Source: Spirochaetia bacterium (GTDB lineage: Bacteria > Spirochaetota > Spirochaetia > DSM-16054 > Sediminispirochaetaceae). From it: a DNA stretch of 64,000 bases. Below are positions 29,891-40,687 of this stretch, piece after piece (the stretch's first letter is position 1; each line of letters begins with the position of its first letter). Under the pieces are notes generated by a model that worked only from the letters and a program-made list of their open reading frames with translations, searched no databases and was not told the origin of the DNA. The position numbers and the translations under genes are program-made. The stretch covers positions 768,001 to 832,000 of the forward strand of contig JAXHMY010000001.1 in assembly GCA_034520965.1 (NCBI GenBank). The letters run 5' to 3'.

Positions 29891-32800
29891 ATGGAGAGAT
29901 CAATGGACGAACTACACAGCAGTACCGACAACTACTATTTTAAAGAGACCTCCTTTAAACAACTTATGGCTAACAGGGTTGGTGATATTCTATTAGTCTG
30001 CAGTGAATACGATAAGTTTATGCTGGAAGAGGACGGACGCATCGACGAGCTGCTTTTCCAGGAGTACGTGGCTTTGAACCTGCGCTACCCTCCCAAATTC
30101 ACCCAAGTGTCCAACGCCCATGATGCCTTCGATATGCTCCAAAAGCGTTCATTCGACTTAATAATCACCATGCTTAACATCGGAGACGTAAACGCAATCG
30201 ATCTTGCCAAAAGGATAAAGGAAACCTATCCCTCAAAACCGATTATTGTACTTACTCCCATCTCTACCCGTGAAACCTTAATTAAACTGCGTAACACCGA
30301 CCTTAGTTCCATTGACTACGTCTTTTCCTGGCAGGGCAACCCAAATATTCTGCTGGCAATGGTAAAGCTGGTCGAGGACCGTATGAACGTCGCCTACGAT
30401 GTAAATACCGTCGGGGTCCAGACTGTAGTACTGGTTGAAGATTCGGTACGCTATTACTCCAGCTACTTGCCGATGATCTACCGAACCCTTTTTCGCCAAG
30501 CCCGCTGCCTAATGACCGAAGGGCTGAACGAGTGGCAGCAAACAATGCGTATGCGCGGGCGGCCTAAGATTCTTCTAGCCCGAACCTACGAAGAAGCACT
30601 TAAGCTGTACAGTACGTATAAACACAATTTACTGGGAATTATCTCCGATATCACCTATAGGAAGGGCGGCGAAATGGACAAGCATGCCGGCCTAAAGCTG
30701 TGCGAACACATTAGAAGCGAGAACAAGGAACTCCCGATACTTATCCAGTCCAGTCACCTGGACCATGAACCCGATGCGCTCAGCTACAATGCTTCCTTTA
30801 TCTATAAGCACTCAAAAACCCTGCTCAAAGAGTTAAAAGAGTATATACGTCTCAACTACGGCTTTGGTGATTTCGTATTTCGCGATCCTGTTACTCTGGC
30901 GCCGATTATGCGGGCCCATGACTTGTGGAACCTGCAGCATCGACTTATGGAAGTACCCGACGAATCGCTCAAGTTTCATATAGAAAACAACGATATATCC
31001 AAGTGGCTGAAAGCCAGGGCCCTGTTTACCCTGGCAAACTACCTGCGTCCAAAGCAGCTGAGTGATTTTAAAGATGTACAAGAGGCCAAAGAGTTTATTG
31101 TAAATGCAATTAAGGATTTTAGAATACAGGAGGGACGCGGTACGATTGCCGAGTTCCAGCGGGACCGCTTCGATGAGATCTCCTTTTTCAGCCGTATCGG
31201 TTCCGGGTCGCTGGGCGGAAAGGGCCGCGGCTTGGCTTTTATCGACCTGCAGCTGAAGCACAAACGGATCTCCTATAAGTATCCGGGAGTAGTGGTCACA
31301 ATCCCGCGTACCGTGGTGCTCACTACCCAGGTGTTTGATGATTTCATGGAGGCGAACTCCCTGTATGAGGTTGCTCTGACTGAGCGTAGTGATAAAGAGC
31401 TGCTCGAAGCCTTTCTTGAGGCACACCTGCCTCAGAGGTTGAACGAAGATCTGGCTGCAATACTGGGGGTGGTTACCAAGCCGCTTGCAGTTCGCTCATC
31501 AAGTCTGCTGGAAGACTCCCATTACCAGCCCTTTGCCGGAATCTACGACACCTTTATGCTGCCGAACAATCATAACCAGTTTGAACACCGCTTTCAAGAC
31601 CTCTCAAACGCAGTAAAAAGCGTGTTTGCCTCCACCTACTACAAGGGCAGCAAAGATTATATGCGCGCCACTGGAAATATGGTTGAAGAAGAAAAAATGG
31701 GCGTCATAATACAGGAGATCACCGGCCAAGTGTACGACAAGCTCTGTTATCCCAACATCTCGGGAGTTGCCCGATCACTGAACTTTTATCCGGTGGAGAA
31801 TGAAAAACCCGACGGCGGAATTGCAAATATTGCCTTTGGCTTGGGAAAAACGGTGGTGGACGGAGGAGTTTCCCTGCGCTTCTCCCCGAGTTCGCCCAAA
31901 AAAATTATGCAACTCTCCTCTATCGATTCGGCATTAAAGGAAACCCAGAAGGAGTTCTATGCGGTTGATATGTCTCCGGACAGCTTTTGCGCCAGGAGTT
32001 TCGACGGGGCCTGTATCCAGCGCCACGATATTTCCGAGGCAGAAGGCCACGGCTCATTAAAATTCCTGGCCTCGACCTACGACTTTCAGAATCATGTGCT
32101 ACGCGACGGCACGAGTTACCAGGGCAAACGGGTTTTGACCTTTGCCAGTATTCTTAAATATAAAATGTTCCCCTTGGCCGAAATTATTAAGGACCTGCTT
32201 GAGATGGGACAGACGGCTATTAATACCCCCATCGAAATAGAGTTTGCCGTAGACCTCGATACTCCCGCAAACCAGCCGACTGTATTCAGTTTTCTGCAGA
32301 TTAGGCCGATTGTAGAGGGCTCTGAACAGGAAGACATCGACATTTCCGACGAACTGCCCGAAGAAACTCTGATTTATTCCAACAAGGCGATGGGCAACGG
32401 GATGTACGAAGAGCTCTACGACCTTGTGTACATAAAACCGGAGACATTTAACCCTTCCCACACCAAGACCATGGCCGAGATGATCGGAGAATTGAACGAA
32501 CGCTTTGAAAAAGAGCAGCGCGGCTACATTCTGGTGGTCCCCGGACGGCTCGGCTCCAGCGATCCGTGGCTGGGCATTCCGATTAACTGGTCTCAAATCT
32601 CTTATGCCCGGGTAATTGTAGAAATGGGACTGTCGAATTTTCGGGTAGATCCAAGTCAGGGTACCCATTTTTTCCAGAATCTTACCAGCTTGCAGAATGC
32701 ATACTTAACCATCAATCCCTTTATGAAGGACGGGGTATTTAATCTGGAATATCTTGAGCAACAAGATTCTGAATTTGAAAATGACTTTTTACGACAGGTT

Positions 32801-32938
32801 CACTTTGAAAATCCCCTGGGGGTAAAAATTGACGGGCGCAGCAGCCGCGGTCTTATCTTCTACTCCACTAACGACACGGGAAAACAGGACAAAACGGAAG
32901 CTCAGACCTCCCAGGCAGCCCTCGAGATTGTCGATTAA
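29891..32938 (+). CDS. Receiver-like domains fused to a PEP synthase/PPDK N-terminal (ATP-grasp) domain
   Basis: N-terminal REC-like segments (VVLVEDS...IISD), GGKGRGL, LAVRSSSLLEDS...FAG, MGVIIQ, GLGKTVV, EIEFA, LQIRPI. No C-terminal PEP-binding TIM barrel. Start codon is uncertain. Confidence 0.85.
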   Translation: MERSMDELHSSTDNYYFKETSFKQLMANRVGDILLVCSEYDKFMLEEDGRIDELLFQEYVALNLRYPPKFTQVSNAHDAFDMLQKRSFDLIITMLNIGDVNAIDLAKRIKETYPSKPIIVLTPISTRETLIKLRNTDLSSIDYVFSWQGNPNILLAMVKLVEDRMNVAYDVNTVGVQTVVLVEDSVRYYSSYLPMIYRTLFRQARCLMTEGLNEWQQTMRMRGRPKILLARTYEEALKLYSTYKHNLLGIISDITYRKGGEMDKHAGLKLCEHIRSENKELPILIQSSHLDHEPDALSYNASFIYKHSKTLLKELKEYIRLNYGFGDFVFRDPVTLAPIMRAHDLWNLQHRLMEVPDESLKFHIENNDISKWLKARALFTLANYLRPKQLSDFKDVQEAKEFIVNAIKDFRIQEGRGTIAEFQRDRFDEISFFSRIGSGSLGGKGRGLAFIDLQLKHKRISYKYPGVVVTIPRTVVLTTQVFDDFMEANSLYEVALTERSDKELLEAFLEAHLPQRLNEDLAAILGVVTKPLAVRSSSLLEDSHYQPFAGIYDTFMLPNNHNQFEHRFQDLSNAVKSVFASTYYKGSKDYMRATGNMVEEEKMGVIIQEITGQVYDKLCYPNISGVARSLNFYPVENEKPDGGIANIAFGLGKTVVDGGVSLRFSPSSPKKIMQLSSIDSALKETQKEFYAVDMSPDSFCARSFDGACIQRHDISEAEGHGSLKFLASTYDFQNHVLRDGTSYQGKRVLTFASILKYKMFPLAEIIKDLLEMGQTAINTPIEIEFAVDLDTPANQPTVFSFLQIRPIVEGSEQEDIDISDELPEETLIYSNKAMGNGMYEELYDLVYIKPETFNPSHTKTMAEMIGELNERFEKEQRGYILVVPGRLGSSDPWLGIPINWSQISYARVIVEMGLSNFRVDPSQGTHFFQNLTSLQNAYLTINPFMKDGVFNLEYLEQQDSEFENDFLRQVHFENPLGVKIDGRSSRGLIFYSTNDTGKQDKTEAQTSQAALEIVD

Positions 32939-32941
32939 ACT

Positions 32942-34147
32942 CTAGGCTCCTGTGTATAACTCGCTCAGGGCCGTTTTTAAGATCCGCACAGCCCGCTCAA
33001 GCTTGTCACGGGTAAGCACATAGGCCAGCCGAATCTGCTTTTTCCCCAGATCGGGACTTGCGTAGAACCCCTGTGCAGGAGCTACCATCAATGTTTCTCC
33101 GTCTAAATGGAAATCTCTCAGCATCCATACTGCAAACTCTTCGGTGTCCTCTACCGGAAGTTCGGCAATAATGTAAAAAGCACCCTCCGGTGATGAGACT
33201 CGAACGCCTTCAATTGCCTGAAGCCGCTCCACCAGAAAGTCGCGACGGGCTTTATATTCTAAGCGAACCCGCTCCAAGTATTTATCGGAGTTATTGATAG
33301 CTGCGGCAACAGCAATCTGGTCAACCGTAGGAGGACAGAGACGGGCCTGGGCAAAGCGTAGCACCAGGTCAAGAACCTCCTGATTGCGGCTGACCAGCGT
33401 TCCGATCCGAGCTCCACAGGCGCTGTAGCGTTTGGAAACCGAATCGACCATAATGGCATTCTCCTCGATTCCCTCAAATTCCATAATGGAGATAGCGGTT
33501 CGCCCCTCGTAGGTAAACTCGCGGTACACCTCGTCAGAGATGATAAACAAATCGTGTCGACGGGCGAAAGCTACCAGTTCCTGAAGCCTCTCCCTGGAAA
33601 ACACAGCCCCGGAGGGATTGCCGGGATTACTGAACAAGATTGCCTTGGTTTTAGGGCCGACAGTTTTTTCAAACTCTTCGATTTCCGGTAAATGGAACCC
33701 ATCTTCTATACGGCTGGTTACTGGAACAATTTTTGCACCGCTCATAGCGGCAAAGCCGTTGTAGTTCGCATAGTAAGGCTCGGGGATAATAATTTCATCT
33801 CCAGGGGAGGTAACCGCCATCAGTGCAAAAATAATCGCTTCACTGCCGCCGCTGGTCACATAAATATTCTCCATGGACAGCTTCAGCCCGTGGCGCTGGT
33901 AATACTCGGCAAATTTTCCACGCAATTCAGGCAGTCCCTGGCTGGGTCCATAGGCAATTATCTCAGGCGGCCGGCTGTAAGCCTGTTTCATGGCAGGAAC
34001 TGTCTCGATATCAGGCTGTCCAATATTCAGATGAAGAACTTTGATCTCCGCCCGCTTAGCCGCATCGGCATAGGGTACCAGCTTTCTAATAGGACTTTCT
34101 GTCACCAGATTCTTACGTTCCGACAATGGTATTGATGTTCGTTTCAT
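32942..34147 (-). CDS. PLP-dependent class I aminotransferase (aspartate aminotransferase-like)
   Basis: LNIGQPD, NPGNPSG, SDEVY, SVSKRYSACGARIG. Confidence 0.92.
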   Translation of the reverse strand: MKRTSIPLSERKNLVTESPIRKLVPYADAAKRAEIKVLHLNIGQPDIETVPAMKQAYSRPPEIIAYGPSQGLPELRGKFAEYYQRHGLKLSMENIYVTSGGSEAIIFALMAVTSPGDEIIIPEPYYANYNGFAAMSGAKIVPVTSRIEDGFHLPEIEEFEKTVGPKTKAILFSNPGNPSGAVFSRERLQELVAFARRHDLFIISDEVYREFTYEGRTAISIMEFEGIEENAIMVDSVSKRYSACGARIGTLVSRNQEVLDLVLRFAQARLCPPTVDQIAVAAAINNSDKYLERVRLEYKARRDFLVERLQAIEGVRVSSPEGAFYIIAELPVEDTEEFAVWMLRDFHLDGETLMVAPAQGFYASPDLGKKQIRLAYVLTRDKLERAVRILKTALSELYTGA

Positions 34148-34216
34148 TCTTTCCTCCGAGTATCTACAGCTAGTAAGTAAGGCATTTTTATACCGATTTT
34201 GAATGGACTTCAAGAG

Positions 34217-35318
34217 TTACTGTTTCAGAGGAAGAGTAAACATAAACAGCGCACCTTGTCCAGGCTCACTCTCAGCGACAATCTGCCCGCCGTTCTTTTC
34301 AACAAACTCCCTGCACAGCACAAGACCTAAACCGGAACCCTTCTCATTCTCCGTACCCTTTTTTAAATGCCGAATATCAATCCGAAACAACTCCGGAAGT
34401 ACTTCAGGGTCAATCCCTACTCCGTTGTCCTGCACCGTTACTACCACATCAGATTCGGTTCGATGACTGTAAAGAGTTATTCTGCCCCCCTTAGGGGTGT
34501 ATTTAACTGCATTCGACAGCAAATTTCGTACAATCGTATTGACCGAATTTTCATCAGCATATGCCGGTTCAGACGTCAGCAGATTATTTTCTATCTGAAG
34601 CTCTTTATTTTCAATATTCATTTCAAAAAGCACCAGGTTTTCCTGCACAATTTGGCTAATATCTATCTCTTCCGGGCTTATCAGCACCCGCCCGGTTTGT
34701 ATACGTGACCATTCTAAAAGATTTTCCAACAGGTTAAATGCGTTTTTGGAGGACTTATGCATCCCTTCTAGGAACTCTTTTGCCGTTTCAGGATCCAGTT
34801 TATCGATGCCGGTGGCTAAAATACTGTGACATTCCAACCAAAGCGGTGAAAGGGCTGCGCAGGTCGTGGGCAATCATGGAGAAAAACTTATCCTTTGCAG
34901 CATTCGCCTCCTGCAGTTGCCGCTGGGTAAAGCGAAGCTGGAGGTGATTCTGAACACGCATGCGCAGCTCAGCACCCCTAAAAGGTTTGGTGATGTAATC
35001 AACCGCACCAAGCTCGAAGCCCTTGGTGAGACTCTCCTCATCATTACGGGCGGTAAGAAAAATAATCGGCAGATCAGCATATTTTTCCATCCCTTTCACA
35101 GTGGCGGCTACTTCAAAGCCATCCATTTCGGGCATCATAATATCGAGTAGAATAAGATCAATCGATGTCTTTTTCAGCAGCTTCAGGCCTTCAGAACCGC
35201 TCTCTGCAATAGACACCTGAAAGCCGGCCTTCCGCAGGATTGCCTGGGCTATCTCCAGATTCATTGCAACATCATCGATTATTAAAACATGAGAGTTTTG
35301 AGTATCTATTTTTTCCAT
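34217..35318 (-). CDS. Hybrid response regulator/histidine kinase, frameshifted near 34820
   Basis: REC domain (LDIMMPEMDG, KPF) and H-box IAHDLRSP, then NLLSNAVKY, DNGVG, GSGLGL in the second frame. Confidence 0.9.
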
Positions 35319-35333
35319 ATATTCCGGTAGATT

Positions 35334-35744
35334 CTAAAGCAACTTTAAAACCTGCTCCTCTAATTCATCTACCTTGATTGATAAAGTGGATGATTTTCCT
35401 TCGGGTTTCGAAATTACTTCTGCTGCACCGAGCATCTTGGCCTTACGCACATTCTCACTGTTTTCGTACATAGTTCCGCTAAGAATAACTATTGGCAAAT
35501 TGTTCGGTATATCGCCGGCCCGCTTTTTTGCACTTATCTCTTTCAGGGCAGTCAGTCCGTCAACCTCCGGCATTTCCACATCCATCAGCACCACATCCGG
35601 TTTTTCGGATACTATTTTATCTATCCCGATCCTTCCGTTTTCTGCTAATATTACATCTTCCCAATTGCCGGTCTTTTTTAATGCCGCCTGCAATCCGCTT
35701 CGTACAAGAAAAGAATCATCGACAATCAGCAGTTTCTTACCCAT
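35334..35744 (-). CDS. Single-domain response regulator (CheY/CheB-receiver-like)
   Basis: LIVDDS, MDVEMPEVDG, SKP; GGAGG RBS. Confidence 0.9.
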   Translation of the reverse strand: MGKKLLIVDDSFLVRSGLQAALKKTGNWEDVILAENGRIGIDKIVSEKPDVVLMDVEMPEVDGLTALKEISAKKRAGDIPNNLPIVILSGTMYENSENVRKAKMLGAAEVISKPEGKSSTLSIKVDELEEQVLKLL

Positions 35745-35916
35745 TTTTATTCCTCCGACAAAATATACATTCGCACACCATTTTGTCGTCGTCAACTATT
35801 AAGGTATTTAACTTCATGCGGTTCTCTCCCATGTAAAAAATAAAAATATAGACTTAGCTGTAGCCTGTCAAATCAGATCGATATCAATAATAGGGAATGC
35901 AAATTTATTAGTTGGA

Positions 35917-37960
35917 TTAATGCTTGCTCAGCAGTTTGATCATATACAGCTCGATGTAGCGGCGAAAAGGTTCTTTGCGTTTTATTCGTTTAAATGCTTC
36001 GTACTCGGCTATCTGTTTACTGAGATTGTGAATGCGCTGTTCATCCGGTGGGGTGACCATCAAACTGCGTTTGATGCGGCGGAGAAAATCGCGTACAGCT
36101 GAGTTTACGTCCTCTATCAAATCTTTCTTTGATTTTCCGTCCACCAAGGGATTCCACTCTTCAATAAGCTCATCAAGGCTCTGATCGATATTACCATTGG
36201 TACCTATATAACTTCGTTTTAGTTCATACAAGGCCTTCTTGAAGGCTACCTGATTACTTCTTCCCGGTCTCCAACCTCGCCTCCGTGGCCGCTGTCGCGG
36301 GCACCAAACTGTTTTGCCCCGGCCTTCTGGTCGCCGGAAATCCATTGTCGAAGGATTCGCCCCCCGCCTGAGGTCGGCCGCGGGATTCTCGGGGTTCGCG
36401 GGATTTTGTAAATGACGCATAGAGGTCCGACGGGTCCTTTAGCCCTTCCGCCCCTCTTACTAACTTCTTCCACAGCTTACCCAGCACTACTCCCATTCGG
36501 CCGATAATCGGGATGCTCTTCCAAAGGGGCAGATAGGTACGCGCATCCCGGATGATCCGCTTTGGATCTAGACGGAGGATTTCATCGACCGGTATCAGGC
36601 GCTGCTGTTTTTCATCGATAATCCGGTTGGCCTCTATATACACCTCTTTTGAGGGTTTGGTCTCGTTCAGACAGGTAAACAACAGCTCGTACTGCAGTAG
36701 ACGGGCCAGCAATGGCTCCTGGTCCGTTATTCGGTTCCATATATCCTTTTGAAACAGTTCGCGGTGGTTCATCATCGCCAGCTTCTTGTAGTCGCCAAGG
36801 ACCTCCGCCCACTCCTTTACATACTGTGCACGCACCTGCCTGGCGAAGGCCTGGGATCTCTGCAACACAAGGTTAAGCAGGCGTTCTTTGCTCACGTAGT
36901 ATTCGTTCTTATCTGCAGACATAAGCCGGACAATATCGGTTAGCGGACCGTTCTTCTCGCGCGTGGTCTTTCGCTCCAAATAGTGGGCCAGCTCCTGCTG
37001 GGAAATCCGTTTTGAGATCGGAGTTCCCACCTTGTCCCGCATGCCGTAGATATCGCTAAAACTGTAGAAATATGGCGGCTTTTTGATTCCCTGCTGCACC
37101 TGCCGCAGGGATTGCTCCTTCTCCAGCTTTTGCTTCTTCAGGCCCTTGTAGTGCAGGGCAAACAGACCAATCAGATAGCAGGCCTGACTGAAGCCGTGCT
37201 CACGGTCAAGTTTATTAGCCTTTTCTCGGAATTCATTCACCACAAAGGTAGATAGATGAGTCCAGAACTGAAAAGTGAAATCATCGGGATCGGCAATAGT
37301 AGTAATTGCAATTTCCCGCTGGGTCATTATGTTTGAAAAAAGGTCCTTTACGGGCTGTTCCTTATGGGGGAATATGCCGTGTATTTTGTTGATTACATAG
37401 TCGGAGTTTTTCTGAAGTGCAAGGTAAGTCCGCAGCTTCAGCACGCACATCGACAAAAGCTGACTGTGAATAAGCTCGCCTATAATGATCATCGAGCGAA
37501 TTCCCTCCGGGAAAATCAGACGAAAGACCGTACTGTTTTTTCCCTTAAGGTTTTTCAACAACGGAACGAAGTGCTCCTTTACCTCGATTACCTCAAGAGC
37601 AGCGTCCGGTATCGTTTCGCCAAGCATATCTTCATTGGGAAATGAATTCTCAGGAGTTTTCTTAGCTTCTTCATAAATCTTGCGGATAATATGGGGAAAG
37701 TACTTGAGGTATACCACCTGCTGGGTGTTTTGTTCATCCTCAATGAGCGCGCAGATCCCTTCCTCTTCGGCCTCTTCAAGTAATGTATCAAACTCGGCTG
37801 GAGCCATCTGCCCGAAGGGGGTGAATCCGGGACGGGTTTTCTGAAATTCCCCAGCCCAGTTTCCGGCGTACCGCTCAAGATTATAGCGAGAAATTGTGGA
37901 AACATTCTTCTTTTGGGTATAGGCACGCAGTATGTGCTCCAAGTCTTTCAGTTTCGACAT
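35917..37960 (-). CDS. Conserved-looking hypothetical protein (~680 aa), frameshifted near 36260
   Basis: 568-aa ORF continues in another frame (WNPL...LIEDVNSAVRDFLR...YIELYM) to the stop at 35917. No catalytic motif recognised. Confidence 0.7.
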
Positions 37961-38034
37961 AAACCTACCTTTTTGCTCTTATTTTGAGTATACGTCGAGA
38001 GTTCACAATTTTCAACACAAAGCGTGTAAACTTG

Positions 38035-38754
38035 CTAAGGCCGGATATTATGGTCGAAGGTTTCCCAAAGCACATCCTGTGGCGGGTCAGCCTTTATGTC
38101 CAAAGGGCTGTGCTGCACCGGATGTTCCAGCACCAGCCTGCGAGCATGCAGATGAATACCTCCATTCGGATTAGAACGGCGGGCACCGTACTTCAGGTCG
38201 CCCTTCACGCAGCATCCTACCGTGGCAAGCTGCGCCCGGATCTGATGATGCCGGCCGGTTTCCAGCTCAATCTCCAGCAGATAGTAGTTGTCAGTGGCGG
38301 CTATCAGCGAGTAAGAGAGCTTGGCTAACTTGGCACCTTTTTTCTCAGCCTTTGCCTTCGAGACGGCGTAGGATTTGTTCTGAGACCGGTTTTTCCACAG
38401 ATAATGCTCCAGCACCCCCTTATCGGAGGGCGGCATTTTGTCGACCACCGCCCAGTATATTTTCCGTACATCCCGGCCTTTGAACAGCTTGCCCAGGCGG
38501 GTGAGGGCCTTGTCGGTTTTCGCCATCAGCACTAAGCCGCTGGTGGGGCGGTCGAGCCGGTGGGGAAGACCCAGGAACACGTTTCCCGGCTTGGCATCAC
38601 GCTGTTTGATAAACTCTTTCATTAAATCTAACAGGGCCGGGTCGCCGGAGCTGTCCCCCTGGACAGGTTCGTTTATCCGCTTGTTGATGGCCAGCAGATG
38701 GTTATCCTCGTAGACAATCCGTCCCTCTATATCTTGAAATAAATCTTTATTCAT
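38035..38754 (-). CDS. RluA-family RNA pseudouridine synthase
   Basis: HRLDRPTSG, TGRHHQIR, GDLKYG, LHARRL. Confidence 0.95.
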   Translation of the reverse strand: MNKDLFQDIEGRIVYEDNHLLAINKRINEPVQGDSSGDPALLDLMKEFIKQRDAKPGNVFLGLPHRLDRPTSGLVLMAKTDKALTRLGKLFKGRDVRKIYWAVVDKMPPSDKGVLEHYLWKNRSQNKSYAVSKAKAEKKGAKLAKLSYSLIAATDNYYLLEIELETGRHHQIRAQLATVGCCVKGDLKYGARRSNPNGGIHLHARRLVLEHPVQHSPLDIKADPPQDVLWETFDHNIRP

Positions 38755-38757
38755 ACC

Positions 38758-40686
38758 CTACTTCTTGCTTTTATTACGGAATAGTACCCGTTTTACCGTG
38801 CGCGTCTCTTTGGTAGTAAGCCGTGTTCCGTTGGCCTTCACGCTTTTTACCAGATAATCCTGCACCCGGAACCGTTCTTCCAACACCTTCAGGCGGGGCT
38901 TCTTTTTATACAGGAACACAAATTCTTCATCCTCACGGGTAGTAAAATCGACGATTTCGGCCCCCTCCGGCACCAGATGATAGGTTTTCTTTATTATAAA
39001 CTGTTCTATACTGCAGCGTTTAAGGTAATAGGCCCCGCTGTCCTTCATTTTATACAGAATGGTAAACACATACTTGGCTAACTCGTCCTTGTCGGCCAGA
39101 CCGCAGAAGAGCATACCCTTATCGACAAACAGCTTATCCGGAGCATCGATCACCGAGTAGATACCGCTCTTGCGCATTACCAATACCCGGTCGTACTGGT
39201 TTACCGCACACACGCTCTCTCCGGTCTTTACCTCGTGGCCCAAATAACCGCTGGACTTATCGTAGCGCAGCTCTAGGTTCCGCTGGGCGGCATCGCGGAC
39301 ATCGGTCTTTTCGAAAGAGCCGACCCTGGTAAGCCGCTTGAATCGGTCGGACATCGACTCCATCATTCGGTCTAGAAAACCAATTGCATAATCGCTAATA
39401 TGCTCCAGATGGTACTTTACCTCTTTCAGCCGTGCCTTGATCTCCGCAACCTCTTTGCGGTTTTTGTTAATGTCGTACAGCGAAATGCGCCGTATTGGAA
39501 TTCTCAGCAGCCGCTCGATATCCTCCTGAGTCACCTGACGGGGAATCTCCTTTTTAAAGGGCTCCAAACCGTCAAAGACCGCTTGGATAACCGCCTCCTG
39601 GGTGGTCATCTCTTCGATCTTTTTATAAATGCGCTCCTCGATAAAAATTCGTTCAAGGGTACGGGCGTGGAGCCTGTCCCGCAGGTGTCCCTGCTCGACC
39701 TTCAGCTCCGCCGTAAGCACTTCGATTATGTGATTGGCGTGAAAGCGGATAATATCGCTTATCGACATCACCGTCGGGGTATTGTCCTTTATCACCAGGG
39801 GATTCACCGAAATAGCGTATTCGCAGTCGGTAAAGGCATACAGCGCATCCAGCACATCCTGGGTATACTCACCCCGGGCCAGCTTTATCTCGATCTCCAC
39901 CTTGTCGGTGGTAAAGTCGTTAATACCCGAAATCTTAAACTTGTTTTTGCGGGCGGCGGTTTCTATCGAGTTAATCAGGCTCTCGGTGGTAGAACCGAAG
40001 GGCAGCTCCCGGATGAATATTCGCTTAGGATCAGTCGTATCCACCCGGGCCCGCACCAGAACCTTTCCCAAGCCGTCCTGGTAGTCCGACACATCCACCA
40101 GCCCGCCTCCGGGAAAATCCGGGTACAGCTCAAACTCCTCGCCCCGCAGGGCCGACTTGACCGCCTGCAGCACCTCATGAAAGTTATGCGGCAAAATCTT
40201 GGTGGACATACCCACCGCAATTCCCTCCGCACCGTGGAGCAGAACTACCGGAATTTTAGCCGGAAAAACCACCGGCTCCCTATTGCGGCCGTCGTAGGAA
40301 TCGATATATTCGGTTATGTCGGGATTGTAGAGCACCTGCTTTGCAAAGGGCTCAATCCGGCACTCGATATAGCGGCTGGCGGAAGCCTCATCACCGGTCA
40401 GCAAGCTGCCGAAGTTTCCCTGCCTGTCTATAAACAGCTCTTTGTTGGCCAGTACCACCAGGGCCGAATAGATCGAGGCATCGCCATGGGGATGGTACTT
40501 CATACAGGAGCCGACTATATTGGCCACCTTATGGAACTTTCCGTCATCCACTTCAAACAGAGTGTGCAGAATACGGCGCTGTACCGGTTTCAGGCCGTCC
40601 TTCAGATCAGGTATAGCCCGGTCTTTAATTACATACGAGGCGTATTCGAGAAAGTTTTTATTGTAGATACTGCGAACATATGACAT
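38758..40686 (-). CDS. parC: DNA topoisomerase IV subunit A
   Basis: DRAIPDLKDGLKPVQRR, YHPHGD, SASRYIE catalytic Tyr, GIAVGM. Short C-terminus; paired with parE. Confidence 0.9.
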   Translation of the reverse strand: MSYVRSIYNKNFLEYASYVIKDRAIPDLKDGLKPVQRRILHTLFEVDDGKFHKVANIVGSCMKYHPHGDASIYSALVVLANKELFIDRQGNFGSLLTGDEASASRYIECRIEPFAKQVLYNPDITEYIDSYDGRNREPVVFPAKIPVVLLHGAEGIAVGMSTKILPHNFHEVLQAVKSALRGEEFELYPDFPGGGLVDVSDYQDGLGKVLVRARVDTTDPKRIFIRELPFGSTTESLINSIETAARKNKFKISGINDFTTDKVEIEIKLARGEYTQDVLDALYAFTDCEYAISVNPLVIKDNTPTVMSISDIIRFHANHIIEVLTAELKVEQGHLRDRLHARTLERIFIEERIYKKIEEMTTQEAVIQAVFDGLEPFKKEIPRQVTQEDIERLLRIPIRRISLYDINKNRKEVAEIKARLKEVKYHLEHISDYAIGFLDRMMESMSDRFKRLTRVGSFEKTDVRDAAQRNLELRYDKSSGYLGHEVKTGESVCAVNQYDRVLVMRKSGIYSVIDAPDKLFVDKGMLFCGLADKDELAKYVFTILYKMKDSGAYYLKRCSIEQFIIKKTYHLVPEGAEIVDFTTREDEEFVFLYKKKPRLKVLEERFRVQDYLVKSVKANGTRLTTKETRTVKRVLFRNKSKK

Positions 40687-40687
40687 C

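Noticed and set aside
39400..40683. 427-aa + strand ORF and similar long shadow ORFs (e.g. 48894-50009, 53327-54415, 47984-48772)
   Set aside because: Antisense to well-supported genes (parC, gnd/larA, uxaC) with no motifs; expected from codon bias.
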